Below, in pieces: positions 1-9,188 of a stretch of DNA of 59,199 nt (position 1 is the first letter of the stretch; every line of letters begins with the position of its first letter). A program made the position numbers and the translations under genes. The notes beneath the pieces were generated by a model. That model did no database searches, was not told the origin of the DNA, and saw only the letters and a list, made by a program, of their open reading frames with translations. Source of the DNA: an uncultured Clostridia bacterium (GTDB taxonomy: Bacteria > Bacillota > Clostridia > TANB77 > CAG-508); the NCBI GenBank assembly GCA_944387525.1, contig CALXFF010000005.1, positions 1 through 59,199 of the forward strand. The letters run 5' to 3'.

Positions 1-275
1 ATATCATTTGTTACTATATCCCAAATAAGATTTAATTTTATTCCCTCATAATCATGAACGATTTTGTTTCTTAAATTTTTTATAATAATCCATTCTATAT
101 TAGGATATTTTTCCATTGTCTCTTTACTTATGTTCTTGACTAATTCACCTATTTGGCTAATCGCAAAAATAGTGGCATCTACTTTTTCCTCATTACTTGA
201 AAATGCTTGAAAATCGCACCCATCAGTATATCTCAATGCTTTATTTATATATTCTATCATCTTTTTTAATGACAT
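1..275 (-). CDS. HEPN (DUF86) toxin of a HEPN-MNT pair; its 3' end is cut by the window edge
   Basis: Absent from the ORF track because it runs off the edge. Minus-strand ATG at 273-275, 7 nt after the MNT stop. Translation MSLKKMIEYINKALRYTDGCDFQAFSSNEEKVDATIFAISQIGELVKNISKETMEKYPNIEWIIIKNLRNKIVHDYEGIKLNLIWDIVTND carries the R-x4-H HEPN motif (RNKIVH). Confidence 0.8.
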   Translation of the reverse strand, partial: MSLKKMIEYINKALRYTDGCDFQAFSSNEEKVDATIFAISQIGELVKNISKETMEKYPNIEWIIIKNLRNKIVHDYEGIKLNLIWDIVTND

Positions 276-282
276 ATATTCT

Positions 283-591
283 TTATTTTTCATATACAAC
301 AACTCCTGTTTCTTTTATTTCCTTGTCAATTGATGAATCTTTTATTATTTCATATTTTTCAAATCCATCAATATTTTTTTTCAATTTTTCTTCTATTTGG
401 CATATTAATTTTAATAGTGCAAATCCTTTTAATTCTGAATTTGTATCTATTATTAAATCCACGTCACTTTCTTTTGTTGCTTCTTGTTTTGCATAAGAAC
501 CAAATAGTATTACTTGATATACAGGTTTATCTTTTAAAAATTCTTTCAATATTTTTTTTATTTCATCAATTGTATATATTTTTTCACTCAT
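283..591 (-). CDS. Minimal nucleotidyltransferase (MNT) antitoxin of a HEPN-MNT pair
   Basis: 102 aa with the GS-x10-DxD signature (LFGSYAKQEATKESDVDLIID). SD AAGGAG lies upstream of the ATG. It sits directly upstream of the HEPN gene. Confidence 0.85.
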   Translation of the reverse strand: MSEKIYTIDEIKKILKEFLKDKPVYQVILFGSYAKQEATKESDVDLIIDTNSELKGFALLKLICQIEEKLKKNIDGFEKYEIIKDSSIDKEIKETGVVVYEK

Positions 592-608
592 AATATCACT
601 CCTTACAC

Positions 609-646
609 TATGCTATTAATATAGCATAATTTATAATATTTATCAA
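609..646 (-). promoter_or_regulatory. Putative promoter and operator of the MNT-HEPN operon
   Basis: On the minus strand, TTGATA (641-646), a 17-nt spacer and TATATT (618-623). The perfect palindrome TATGCTAT-TAAT-ATAGCATA (609-628) covers the -10. Confidence 0.55.
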
Positions 647-656
647 TTCCTATTCA

Positions 657-1514
657 TTATCTTTTAATATTATAAACATATCCTACTTCTTTATATTTTT
701 TTCCTTCTTTTTCAAAATACTTTTCATCAGATAACAAATTTCCACCCATTTTTTCATAGAACTTTCTTGCATTTTGATTTTTCTCTAAACACCATATTAC
801 CATTTTAGTTTTATTTTTATTTTTTAAATCCTTCTTTACGTATTCTATTAATGTCCTTCCTATTCCATTTCCTAACTTATCGCAATCTACATATATTGCT
901 ATAATCTCTGAATCTATATCAGTATTTTCATAAATTGCATTATCATCATATCTGCAATATCCTAATATAGAGCCATTTTCTTCTGCAACAATCACATTTC
1001 CTATATTGTAATGTTTTCTCCATTTTTTTATTTTTTCTTCTCTATTAAGATTATTCAAAATCTCATCATCTATTATTCCTTTATATACTTTTTTCCAGTC
1101 TTTGATATTTATATCAACAATTTGTTCAATATCTTCATATTTTACTTTTCTAATTATTAAGTTATCGTAATTACATCTAAAACTATTACTTAATAAAGCA
1201 ATTTTTATTCCTACAACGCCATATTCTCTTTCTTGTTCTTTTGAATAAAATTGATACATTGATTTGGTCTTTCTTTCTATTTCTTCCTCATCTGTATAAA
1301 TTTTTTTAAATAAGTTTTCAAATGTTTTATCTCTGTATATATCTAATACATCTACCAATATTTTTTCTTGTAAATCTGGTAACTTTGAAAATTCTATTTT
1401 ATCTCCGATTTTTACTTTTTTCCTTTTTTCATCATATAATCTAAATTCTATTGTTTTTGTTCCATTTTTTATTCTTTCAAATGCACTTTCGTTCAATTTC
1501 ATTTTATGAATCAT
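657..1514 (-). CDS. ASCH domain fused to a GNAT N-acetyltransferase
   Basis: The N-terminus resembles ASC-1 homology domains (NGTKTIEFRLYDEKRKKVKIGD). The C-terminus has a GNAT acetyl-CoA motif region (IAIYVDCDKLGNGIGRTLIEY...FYEKMG). Confidence 0.7.
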   Translation of the reverse strand: MIHKMKLNESAFERIKNGTKTIEFRLYDEKRKKVKIGDKIEFSKLPDLQEKILVDVLDIYRDKTFENLFKKIYTDEEEIERKTKSMYQFYSKEQEREYGVVGIKIALLSNSFRCNYDNLIIRKVKYEDIEQIVDINIKDWKKVYKGIIDDEILNNLNREEKIKKWRKHYNIGNVIVAEENGSILGYCRYDDNAIYENTDIDSEIIAIYVDCDKLGNGIGRTLIEYVKKDLKNKNKTKMVIWCLEKNQNARKFYEKMGGNLLSDEKYFEKEGKKYKEVGYVYNIKR

Positions 1515-1727
1515 ATTTTTTTACCTCTTTTCTTAACTTTTATAAATTTATAGTAATTATATAATTTCAAAAAAACTATTGCAATACCATTATAGTATTA
1601 CTACTGTTATTATTGATACTAAGTATGTACATATTTTTTGTTTGTTTAATACAAAGAACATTTTAAAAACCTCCAAGTTAAAGCTACTTAATTGTATACT
1701 TTTACTCAAAGGAAAATTTCTAACATT

Positions 1728-3011
1728 TTATTTTTGTTTCTCTATTTCATCAACAACTATTGAATACGCATAAAAACTTCCCACTACTAAATTTACAGTA
1801 TTATCTTGACTTTTCATTGCATCCGAAATTGCATCTCTTAATTCTTTCTTAGATATCCTATCTATATCAACAAATTCTTTCATGCACTCAAACAAATCTT
1901 CCTTTGAAGCATATCTTCCTTCATCACTACCAGAAGTTAACACGAAAATTGCCTTTGAATCTTTTGATAATATCTTCAACATAGTTCTATAATCTTTTCT
2001 TTTTAAAATAGATATTATATACACTCTTTGAAAATTATTATAATACATTTTCACCATATCTTGTAAATTTCTAATTGCAGGTTCATTATGAGCTCCATCA
2101 TAAACAATTATTGGATTGCTATTCAATTCTTCCATTCTTCCTTTATGAATAACTGTTTTCAAACCATTCTTTATATTTTCTATATCTACTTTATAACCAT
2201 TCTCATTTAGAATATTCATTACCTCTATACATAAACTAGCATTCTGAATTTGCATTTTTCCTTTTAGATTTATGCTTAAACCCTTTATGTTTTTATAATC
2301 AAAATATTGAAGTTTATTATCAAAACTATAATTTGAAATATCAGATTTTCTAACAATATGCAAATTGTTATTTTTTATTTTACATTGATTAATAAACACT
2401 TCGTCTATTTCAGTTGTTTCCTCAAATATTACAGTATTTGAATTTTCTTTTATAATTCCTGCCTTTTGATATGCTATTTCTGGCAATGTATTTCCTAAAA
2501 TATGCATATGATCATAACCGATTGAAGTAATAACAGACACTATAGGTTTTGTTATTATATTTGTACAATCATACAATCCACCTAATCCTGTTTCTAACAC
2601 AACAAAGTCGACATTTTTTCTATAAAAATATAATAATGCCATTATTGTTTCTAGTTCAAATAGAGTAATATTCACTTTTTCTGTTTTATTATAATTTTCT
2701 ATTTTAGGTTTTAATTCTTCAATTATGTTTGCCATTTCTTCATCAGAAATTTCTTCACCATTTATACTAATTCTTTCATTATATCTTATCAAATGCGGAG
2801 ACATGAATTTCCCAACTTTATAGCCTTGTTTAATTAATATATTACTTATTATTTCAGTACAACTTCCTTTTCCATTTGTTCCTGCAATATGAATAAATTT
2901 CATGTCTTTCTCAAAATTATCATAACTATCAATAAAGTATTGCATTGCTTTTAATGATGGATTTTTAGTTCCTCTAAAAAAATTATTTAAATATTCTTCT
3001 ACATTTATCAT
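1728..3011 (-). CDS. folC: Folylpolyglutamate synthase / dihydrofolate synthase
   Basis: 427 aa with the Mur-ligase P-loop HIAGTNGKGS and a FolC-like overall layout. Confidence 0.9.
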   Translation of the reverse strand: MINVEEYLNNFFRGTKNPSLKAMQYFIDSYDNFEKDMKFIHIAGTNGKGSCTEIISNILIKQGYKVGKFMSPHLIRYNERISINGEEISDEEMANIIEELKPKIENYNKTEKVNITLFELETIMALLYFYRKNVDFVVLETGLGGLYDCTNIITKPIVSVITSIGYDHMHILGNTLPEIAYQKAGIIKENSNTVIFEETTEIDEVFINQCKIKNNNLHIVRKSDISNYSFDNKLQYFDYKNIKGLSINLKGKMQIQNASLCIEVMNILNENGYKVDIENIKNGLKTVIHKGRMEELNSNPIIVYDGAHNEPAIRNLQDMVKMYYNNFQRVYIISILKRKDYRTMLKILSKDSKAIFVLTSGSDEGRYASKEDLFECMKEFVDIDRISKKELRDAISDAMKSQDNTVNLVVGSFYAYSIVVDEIEKQK

Positions 3012-3035
3012 TTTACTTTCTTCGCCCTCATTTGT

Positions 3036-3386
3036 CTAACATTTCTCTATAATCTCATGTTCAAAAAATCTTTCTTGAAACTCTACCAAAGCCTCAATTT
3101 GTTCCTTTGTATATGTCTTTCCAATCGGAGCAACCACTAACTTATCATCGTCATCCTTCATCCTATGTATTGCTGCTATACATTCACCATCAAATTCTTT
3201 TACGGCTTCAAATACACCTATAATATATGCATCTAGTTCTTCTCCATCACCACTAATTGTATTTGGAATATAACCATAATTTATCGGATATATAAATCCA
3301 TGTTTTGGATGTTTTGATCCCATTGGTCTGTCTACAACAACATGAACTTTTTTTCCTAAATAATCTTTAAAACTTGCTTTTTCCAT
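3036..3386 (-). CDS. Short inorganic pyrophosphatase-like protein
   Basis: PPase-like acidic motifs (GDGEELDAYIIGV, DDDDKLVVAP). I moved the start to the ATG of MEKAS, which is better spaced from GAAAGGAA. Confidence 0.55.
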   Translation of the reverse strand: MEKASFKDYLGKKVHVVVDRPMGSKHPKHGFIYPINYGYIPNTISGDGEELDAYIIGVFEAVKEFDGECIAAIHRMKDDDDKLVVAPIGKTYTKEQIEALVEFQERFFEHEIIEKC

Positions 3387-3559
3387 CTTTATTATCATTC
3401 CTTTCTCAAGGCATAAATTCATTTTAGCCTTTGACCTTTATTTCTAACACATTTATACCACTTTTATTCTAAAACATCAACATAATTTTCCATTTTTGAC
3501 TAAATTATATAAATCTGTTAAAATACAAAATAACTAAAAATATTCAAGGAGATTTAAAA

Positions 3560-4051
3560 ATGGAACGAATTGATAAAATAAACTACTATTTAGACATAGC
3601 AGAAACAATTTCAGAAAGAGGAACATGCCTTAGAAAAAACTTTGGAGCAATAATAGTAAAAAATGATGAAATCATATCTACTGGATACACAGGAGCTCCA
3701 AGAGGAAGAAAAAATTGCATTGATTTAGGTGTTTGTACTAAGAAAAAAATTTTTCCAGATGTTAGACATTCTGGATATGATGCTTGCAGAAGTGTACATG
3801 CCGAACAAAATGCTATGCTTAGTGCTGCACGTAAAGACATGATAAATGCTGACTTATATTTAGTTGGTATTAGACATGACTCTAAAGATTATGAGGAAGG
3901 TGCTCTTCCTTGTCAAATGTGTAGAAAACTTATAATAAATTCCGGTATAAAAAATGTTTATGTTAGAATTGATAAAAATAACTATACTACAATTGATGTA
4001 AATGATTGGATTCAAAATGACGATTTATTAAATGGAAAAATTACATATTAA
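3560..4051 (+). CDS. comEB: dCMP deaminase (ComEB-type cytidine/deoxycytidylate deaminase)
   Basis: Zinc motifs HAEQNA and PCQMCRKLI; good SD AAGGAG. Confidence 0.9.
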   Translation: MERIDKINYYLDIAETISERGTCLRKNFGAIIVKNDEIISTGYTGAPRGRKNCIDLGVCTKKKIFPDVRHSGYDACRSVHAEQNAMLSAARKDMINADLYLVGIRHDSKDYEEGALPCQMCRKLIINSGIKNVYVRIDKNNYTTIDVNDWIQNDDLLNGKITY

Positions 4052-4077
4052 AAGGCATTGCATACGCAGTGCCTTTT
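4052..4077. terminator. Bidirectional rho-independent terminator (comEB / vanY-like)
   Basis: AAGGCATTGC-atac-GCAGTGCCTT followed by a T run, between convergent genes. Confidence 0.7.
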
Positions 4078-4096
4078 ACACAAATCCTTCTATATA

Positions 4097-4948
4097 CTAA
4101 ACTAGACTTGATCCTAATACATATTCTTCTAAGCACAAATCTTGTTCTTTCATTTTCTTAGCATGTTCTGGTCCAACATATCTCCAATGCCAAGGCTCAT
4201 ATTCAATACCTGTTATATCTTCTTTTTCCTTTGGATATCTTAAAATAAAGCCATAATTACTTGCATTTTCAAGCAACCATTCATATGCTTTTGTATTTTC
4301 GAAACCTTCATCTACATTATTAAAATCAACAGCTAGTCCCAAATGATGCTCACTTGTTCCTGGTCTATTTATATATTCATCTGTTAGCTTTTGAGCTTCT
4401 TCTTGACTTTTCCCTTGCTTTAAATATTTGTTTATACTTTTCTCATACAATCCTTTTTGATATTCTATACTTCTATAAGTTGATTGAGCCCAAATATTTT
4501 TTATTCCTTGGTCTCTCATATCCAATATCATTTGTTTTAATGGTCCTATTGCTCTTTTATCAAATTTCCTAGAAGCATCTAAATTTTCAAGCTCAACAGT
4601 AAAATCATCTGGTAACGGATTTTCTCTATTTACAAGCCTTATTTGCCAGTCATTTAATACACTCAAATTATTAGATACTGTTACTGTATTAGTTGTATTA
4701 GTTTCATTTTCTGTGCTAGTCTGATTTTCTAAATTAGTTGTGTTTCCTTCTTCCTCAGAATCATCGCTATTACCCATTTGATTAATTTCTATTTCAAAAT
4801 TAGTAGCTTGTCCATCATTTGTAATAACTTTTCTTGCAACAATAACTGCTACTGCAATAATTATCAACAAAATTAATATTATCGATAATTGCAATATATG
4901 TATATTTGTCATTTTCTTCAAATCTTCTTTTCCATCAGTTTTATTCAT
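4097..4948 (-). CDS. VanY-type D-alanyl-D-alanine carboxypeptidase (peptidase M15B), membrane anchored
   Basis: SEHHLGLAVDF and EPWHWRYVG motifs, plus an N-terminal TM helix. Confidence 0.85.
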   Translation of the reverse strand: MNKTDGKEDLKKMTNIHILQLSIILILLIIIAVAVIVARKVITNDGQATNFEIEINQMGNSDDSEEEGNTTNLENQTSTENETNTTNTVTVSNNLSVLNDWQIRLVNRENPLPDDFTVELENLDASRKFDKRAIGPLKQMILDMRDQGIKNIWAQSTYRSIEYQKGLYEKSINKYLKQGKSQEEAQKLTDEYINRPGTSEHHLGLAVDFNNVDEGFENTKAYEWLLENASNYGFILRYPKEKEDITGIEYEPWHWRYVGPEHAKKMKEQDLCLEEYVLGSSLV

Positions 4949-4996
4949 CTAAAACACTCTATGATATCTTCTATCATACCTTTCTTTTAAATCTTA

Positions 4997-6172
4997 TTAT
5001 TTTATTACTAATCCGCTTCCATTTTCAATATAGTTATATTCGTCTATATCACTTTCTGATGTAAAATAATCCCAAGGCTCACCACCTATAATCTCACCTG
5101 TAGTTGCATCAACAAAATAGCTATAATCAGAAAGCTCTCCCTCTTTAATTTTATCATATTTTAAAGTTACAATCCATACTTTTCGAACTCTTTCTTCTGT
5201 AATATAATAAGTCTTTTCTCCAATAGGCAATTCTCTTTGCTTTTGGTATTCATCTCCAAATTTTTCTCTCTCATATGCATCACTATTCATCTTTTCAATT
5301 CTAATATCTGCCTTAATTTCTTTAATATGTGCATCTGGCTCTATTTGTTTATCTTTCTCCTCCGCTATTTTTATAGCATCTTCTTTTGATAACTCTACTG
5401 GATTATTTTCAAATTTCTTGCTTTCTACTGAATATGAATAAATCTCATTTATTCCAGGAATCCAACCAATATTTACATAGTCATAATGATTAAATAACTC
5501 TCCATATTTTCTTTCAAATGTTGCATACCAAATATATGAATCCTCTTCTGTTCCCATATTACAATTTAATTTTACAATTTCATAATCTTGACTATCCTCT
5601 TGATATCGATTCAAGAAATCATATGCTACATCCAACGCTTCTTCTTTTGTCGAACGCCCTGAAATATCTCTTCCTGTTGTTGGAATACTTAAACTTTTAA
5701 ATTCTCCGTTAGTAGCATCAATTTCAATTGACGCATTTCCGCCATATACTACCCATAACTTTTCTCTTTTTGATGAATCAATTAACATTGAACCTGTTTG
5801 AGTCTCTGCATTAATTCCAAATTTTTTCAACACTTCATTTCCCTTTTTTAGTGCTTCATCTTTAGAAATACAATCAGCCATCTCTTCTTCTAAAATTTTT
5901 TCTTCTCCTTCAACTATATATGCATCACCAATTTTCTTGTATGTAATTTTGTATTCTTCTGGCTCTTTCCATACTTTCTGATAGGTTACTACACTTGCAT
6001 ATCCTATCCCCACTGTGATGCCAATTGCTAATATAAAAGTTGCTACCATTTTTATTGGAGCAAATTTATTCATTTTAAATTCAGTCTGATAAAATTTATT
6101 TTTTATTTTATTACTTTTCAAAGTCTTTTCCTTCTTATAGATTTCTTCTATATATTGTTTATTATTCTTCAT
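4997..6172 (-). CDS. Putative anti-sigma factor / single-pass membrane protein with PepSY-like extracytoplasmic repeats
   Basis: It overlaps the ECF sigma gene by 11 nt (translational coupling) and has one TM helix around aa 40-62. No zinc anti-sigma motif is present, so the function is inferred from context. Confidence 0.5.
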   Translation of the reverse strand: MKNNKQYIEEIYKKEKTLKSNKIKNKFYQTEFKMNKFAPIKMVATFILAIGITVGIGYASVVTYQKVWKEPEEYKITYKKIGDAYIVEGEEKILEEEMADCISKDEALKKGNEVLKKFGINAETQTGSMLIDSSKREKLWVVYGGNASIEIDATNGEFKSLSIPTTGRDISGRSTKEEALDVAYDFLNRYQEDSQDYEIVKLNCNMGTEEDSYIWYATFERKYGELFNHYDYVNIGWIPGINEIYSYSVESKKFENNPVELSKEDAIKIAEEKDKQIEPDAHIKEIKADIRIEKMNSDAYEREKFGDEYQKQRELPIGEKTYYITEERVRKVWIVTLKYDKIKEGELSDYSYFVDATTGEIIGGEPWDYFTSESDIDEYNYIENGSGLVIK

Positions 6173-6722
6173 AAGTCATCCCCTCCTCTTCCAACAATTT
6201 TTTTAATTTCTTTTTAGCTCTGTTTAATAATGATTTAACTTGTCCTAAATTTTTGTTCATTACTTTTGCTATATCTTTATATTTCATCTTCTCAAATGTT
6301 GATAAATAAATTACTGCTTGATAATCAGGCTTTAATTCTTTTAACTTTTTATTTAACATTTGATTATTATCATTTTTATAAATTATAGCTTCTAATTCCT
6401 TATCATCTTCTGTTATATTTTCAACTTCTTTTAAACTCACAACCTTCTTTTCTCTTTTTATATAATTTATTGCTCTACATTTTGCTATCATAAATATGTA
6501 CGTTTTAAATGAATACTGAAAGTCATATTGTTTTTTATTTAAAAGAATATATACAAATACATCTTGCGATATATCTTCTGCAATAGATATGTCGTTTGTA
6601 TATCTTGAAATAAAGAATATAATCTGATTTTTATATTTTATTACTAATTGCTCAAATGCTTTATTATCACCATTTAGGTACTTTCTATATAATTCCTTAT
6701 CTGATTGCTCCTCTGGATTCAT
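6162..6722 (-). CDS. ECF-type RNA polymerase sigma-70 factor
   Basis: 186 aa with recognisable region 2 (DISQDVFVYILL) and region 4 (YKDIAKVMNKNLGQVKSLLNRAKKKL). Confidence 0.85.
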   Translation of the reverse strand: MNPEEQSDKELYRKYLNGDNKAFEQLVIKYKNQIIFFISRYTNDISIAEDISQDVFVYILLNKKQYDFQYSFKTYIFMIAKCRAINYIKREKKVVSLKEVENITEDDKELEAIIYKNDNNQMLNKKLKELKPDYQAVIYLSTFEKMKYKDIAKVMNKNLGQVKSLLNRAKKKLKKLLEEEGMTYEE

Positions 6723-6862
6723 TTTTCAACCTTCTCCCCTGCTTATGCTCATTCATTTATTATACAATCAATATTTCATTTTGTTACGATTTTAGTGTGA
6801 ATTTGTCAAAAAAATACATCCTAGATATTTAATTATCTAAGATGTACAAATTTCGTTATATT

Positions 6863-7327
6863 TTAATCAAATAAAGACCTATTATAACTATAGAAATCAA
6901 AATCGTCATAGTAATGCCCATCATTATCTATGCCATCTAATCCTTCTGAAATCCCGATTACCATTCCTAAAAATACTAAAGCAACAAACATAATTATAGA
7001 AATTATTAAACCAATTGATCCTGTAATTAATCCTGCAATTGACATTCCTTTTTTAGATGATTTTATTCCAACAATTCCAAATATTATTGCAAGTATACCA
7101 CAAGGAATTGAAATATACCATACACAACAAAATACAATTGCAATAATTCCAAGCACTAAAGCTGCTATACTAAATCCTTTTTTATCATTTTGTGGTTCTT
7201 CATTTATAACTTCTACTTTAGGCTCTTCTTTTGGTGCTTCTGTTTTTGGTTCTGCTTTTTCTTCTTGATTTGTCTCTTCTACTTTCTCTACTTCTATTAT
7301 ATCGTCCTTATTTTCTTCCATAAACAT
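6863..7327 (-). CDS. DUF4190-like small membrane protein with an acidic N-terminal tail
   Basis: Two or three TM helices with the GFSIAALVLGIIAI...GILAIIFGIVG pattern typical of DUF4190. Confidence 0.6.
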   Translation of the reverse strand: MFMEENKDDIIEVEKVEETNQEEKAEPKTEAPKEEPKVEVINEEPQNDKKGFSIAALVLGIIAIVFCCVWYISIPCGILAIIFGIVGIKSSKKGMSIAGLITGSIGLIISIIMFVALVFLGMVIGISEGLDGIDNDGHYYDDFDFYSYNRSLFD

Positions 7328-7534
7328 CTCCTCCTATCAATCTTCTTTTATATATTAATTTTAAAATCTCATATTGTCTATCATATTCTAATTATACTAT
7401 ATTATTAATATTTTTACAATAAATTTCTAAATATTTATTTTCAACTTAATTCTTCAACATTCTACATTTTTCTGCATAATATATATAAACACTATTATTG
7501 TAATAATAGTTAAAAAAGAAAGGAAGTTTTTAAT

Positions 7535-8065
7535 ATGGAAATGAATGAAAATAAACACTGTTGCCCAATTCTAGATATAGATGGTGTGATTTCAGGAGGA
7601 AAACAATTTGACTTAGACATCACTTTACCAGAAGATAATCGTGATGTAATATATGGCGTTGTAAAAAATTGTTTTAAAGAACCAGTTTGTGATGCAGTTG
7701 TAAAATTAGTTGAAGTAGTTTGTGAACATGGAAAAGAAGAAAGAAGACCAATAGGACACACATTTACAGATAAAGAAGGAGAATTCGTATTTGGACCATT
7801 ATGTCCTGGAAAAGCATACGCTATTCAAATTTGGGTAAATGATACTAACAAGATGAAAATATGTGCAAAATGTCATCATGAAGGTAAATGTTTAAAAGGT
7901 GACAAACATGAAAAATGTGATTGTTTCATAGATGGAAAAATGGATTTTTGCGATAAAAAAGAACATGACAAAGATGACTGTGACAAAAAAGATGATTGTT
8001 GTAAGAAAGATGATTACTACGAAAAAGAAGAATGTCACAAAAAAGATGACTGCTGCAAGAACTAA
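7535..8065 (+). CDS. Cysteine-rich protein with a carboxypeptidase-regulatory-like beta-sandwich core and a C/D/K-rich tail
   Basis: The core segment GVVKN...AVVKLVEV...GHTFTDKEGEFVFGPL resembles CarboxypepD_reg. The protein is conspicuously Cys-rich over its 176 aa, with a CDKKDDCCKKDD...CHKKDDCCKN tail. Confidence 0.6.
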   Translation: MEMNENKHCCPILDIDGVISGGKQFDLDITLPEDNRDVIYGVVKNCFKEPVCDAVVKLVEVVCEHGKEERRPIGHTFTDKEGEFVFGPLCPGKAYAIQIWVNDTNKMKICAKCHHEGKCLKGDKHEKCDCFIDGKMDFCDKKEHDKDDCDKKDDCCKKDDYYEKEECHKKDDCCKN

Positions 8066-8073
8066 AACTATTT

Positions 8074-8095
8074 AAAGGGCTTGATTAAGCCCTTT
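8074..8095. terminator. Bidirectional terminator
   Basis: AAAGGGC-ttgattaa-GCCCTTT between convergent ORFs. Confidence 0.7.
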
Positions 8096-8102
8096 ATTGT
8101 GT

Positions 8103-8243
8103 TTACATCATTCCCATTTTTTTAGCAAATTGCTTTCCCTTTTTCATCAATTTCTTTTTGTTCATCATATCAGATTCTGCATACATCATAATTAAACCTG
8201 TTGTGATTAATCCGCCTATCATAACTCCTTTAACAAATTTCAT
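8103..8243 (-). CDS. Unannotated 46-aa small membrane/basic protein
   Basis: Below the ORF-track length cutoff. Strong SD GAGGAGGTG lies 8 nt before the ATG. Translation MKFVKGVMIGGLITTGLIMMYAESDMMNKKKLMKKGKQFAKKMGMM, ending just before the terminator. Confidence 0.5.
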   Translation of the reverse strand: MKFVKGVMIGGLITTGLIMMYAESDMMNKKKLMKKGKQFAKKMGMM

Positions 8244-8332
8244 TTTGTTACACCTCCTCATATTTATAAATAACAAATTCTCTATTGCTAATTTTTGCTT
8301 TACTTATTATAGTATTTGTCATTTTTTCTTTT

Positions 8333-8698
8333 TTATGCTTTTTTGTATGATTTTACAATGGTATATATTTCATGAATAGCAATTATTGCTAGAAAAATTC
8401 CAAACAATCTTTTTAAAATTTTCACATCCATATTTATTGAGATATTTGCTCCAATTATTGCTCCTAATATTCCAAATATTGAAATAATTAAAGCTGATCT
8501 CAAATATATATTTTTATTTTTTAAATTAACTATTATTGCAACTATTGAAGTTGGAATAAAAAATATTAAATTTGTTGCTTGTGCCACATGTTGCTCCACT
8601 CCCATCAAAAATGTAAGAAGAAAAATTAATATTGTTCCTCCTCCCATTCCTGTTCCACTTACGATTCCAGATACAACTCCTATCAAAATCTCTATCAT
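8333..8698 (-). CDS. Half-size (4-TM) TauE/SafE (TSUP) family membrane transporter subunit
   Basis: 121 aa with the GxGGG motif at the N-terminus (GTGMGGGTIL) and the family C-terminal pattern GAIIGANI...ILKRLFGIFLAIIAI. Confidence 0.8.
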   Translation of the reverse strand: MIEILIGVVSGIVSGTGMGGGTILIFLLTFLMGVEQHVAQATNLIFFIPTSIVAIIVNLKNKNIYLRSALIISIFGILGAIIGANISINMDVKILKRLFGIFLAIIAIHEIYTIVKSYKKA

Positions 8699-8711
8699 AA
8701 AAAAACCTACT

Positions 8712-9093
8712 TTATATTATCATTTTATATGATGCATAAACTAAAAATATCGTAAAAGCAATTTTCAAAACTCTTTCTGGTAATTTTTTTAACAATTTTG
8801 CTCCGTATATATCCGCCTATTGCTCCACCTATTGCACAAAGAATGGCTATGTTCCATTCTATATAATTTTCTTTGTAATAAAAGATTCCACTTGTAACCA
8901 CCATTGGCAAAATACAAAATACAGATGTTCCTCTTGCCTTTGTGTTATCCAATTTTAAAAGATAAATAAATGCTGGAACCAAAATCATTCCACCACCTGT
9001 TGAAAATAATCCACTAATTACACCTGCTAAAAATCCAATTATACTTTGCTTTAAAATGTCTTTTATAGAAAATTTTATTTTTCTTCTCTCCAT
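8712..9093 (-). pseudogene. Half-size TauE/SafE (TSUP) subunit whose frame is broken by one extra base at 8803-8805 (or a +1 frameshift site)
   Basis: The zero frame ends ...GGYIRSKIVKKITRKSFENCFYDIFSLCII* at 8725. Skipping the C in ATA-C-GGA gives ...GGYIGAKLLKKLPERVLKIAFTIFLVYASYKMII* (stop 8712-8714), which fits the family C-terminus. Confidence 0.7.
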
Positions 9094-9188
9094 AATAAAA
9101 ACCCACTTACTAAGTAGGTTATCCAATTTATTTTATTCTATTCAATAAATACTATTAATGTCGCATGAGAAACGTCCCCAATACGACA

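Noticed and set aside
197-593. Plus-strand ORFs 197-496 and 330-593 overlapping the MNT/HEPN genes.
   Set aside because: They are antisense to a clearly recognisable nucleotidyltransferase gene, give hydrophobic low-complexity translations and have no RBS.
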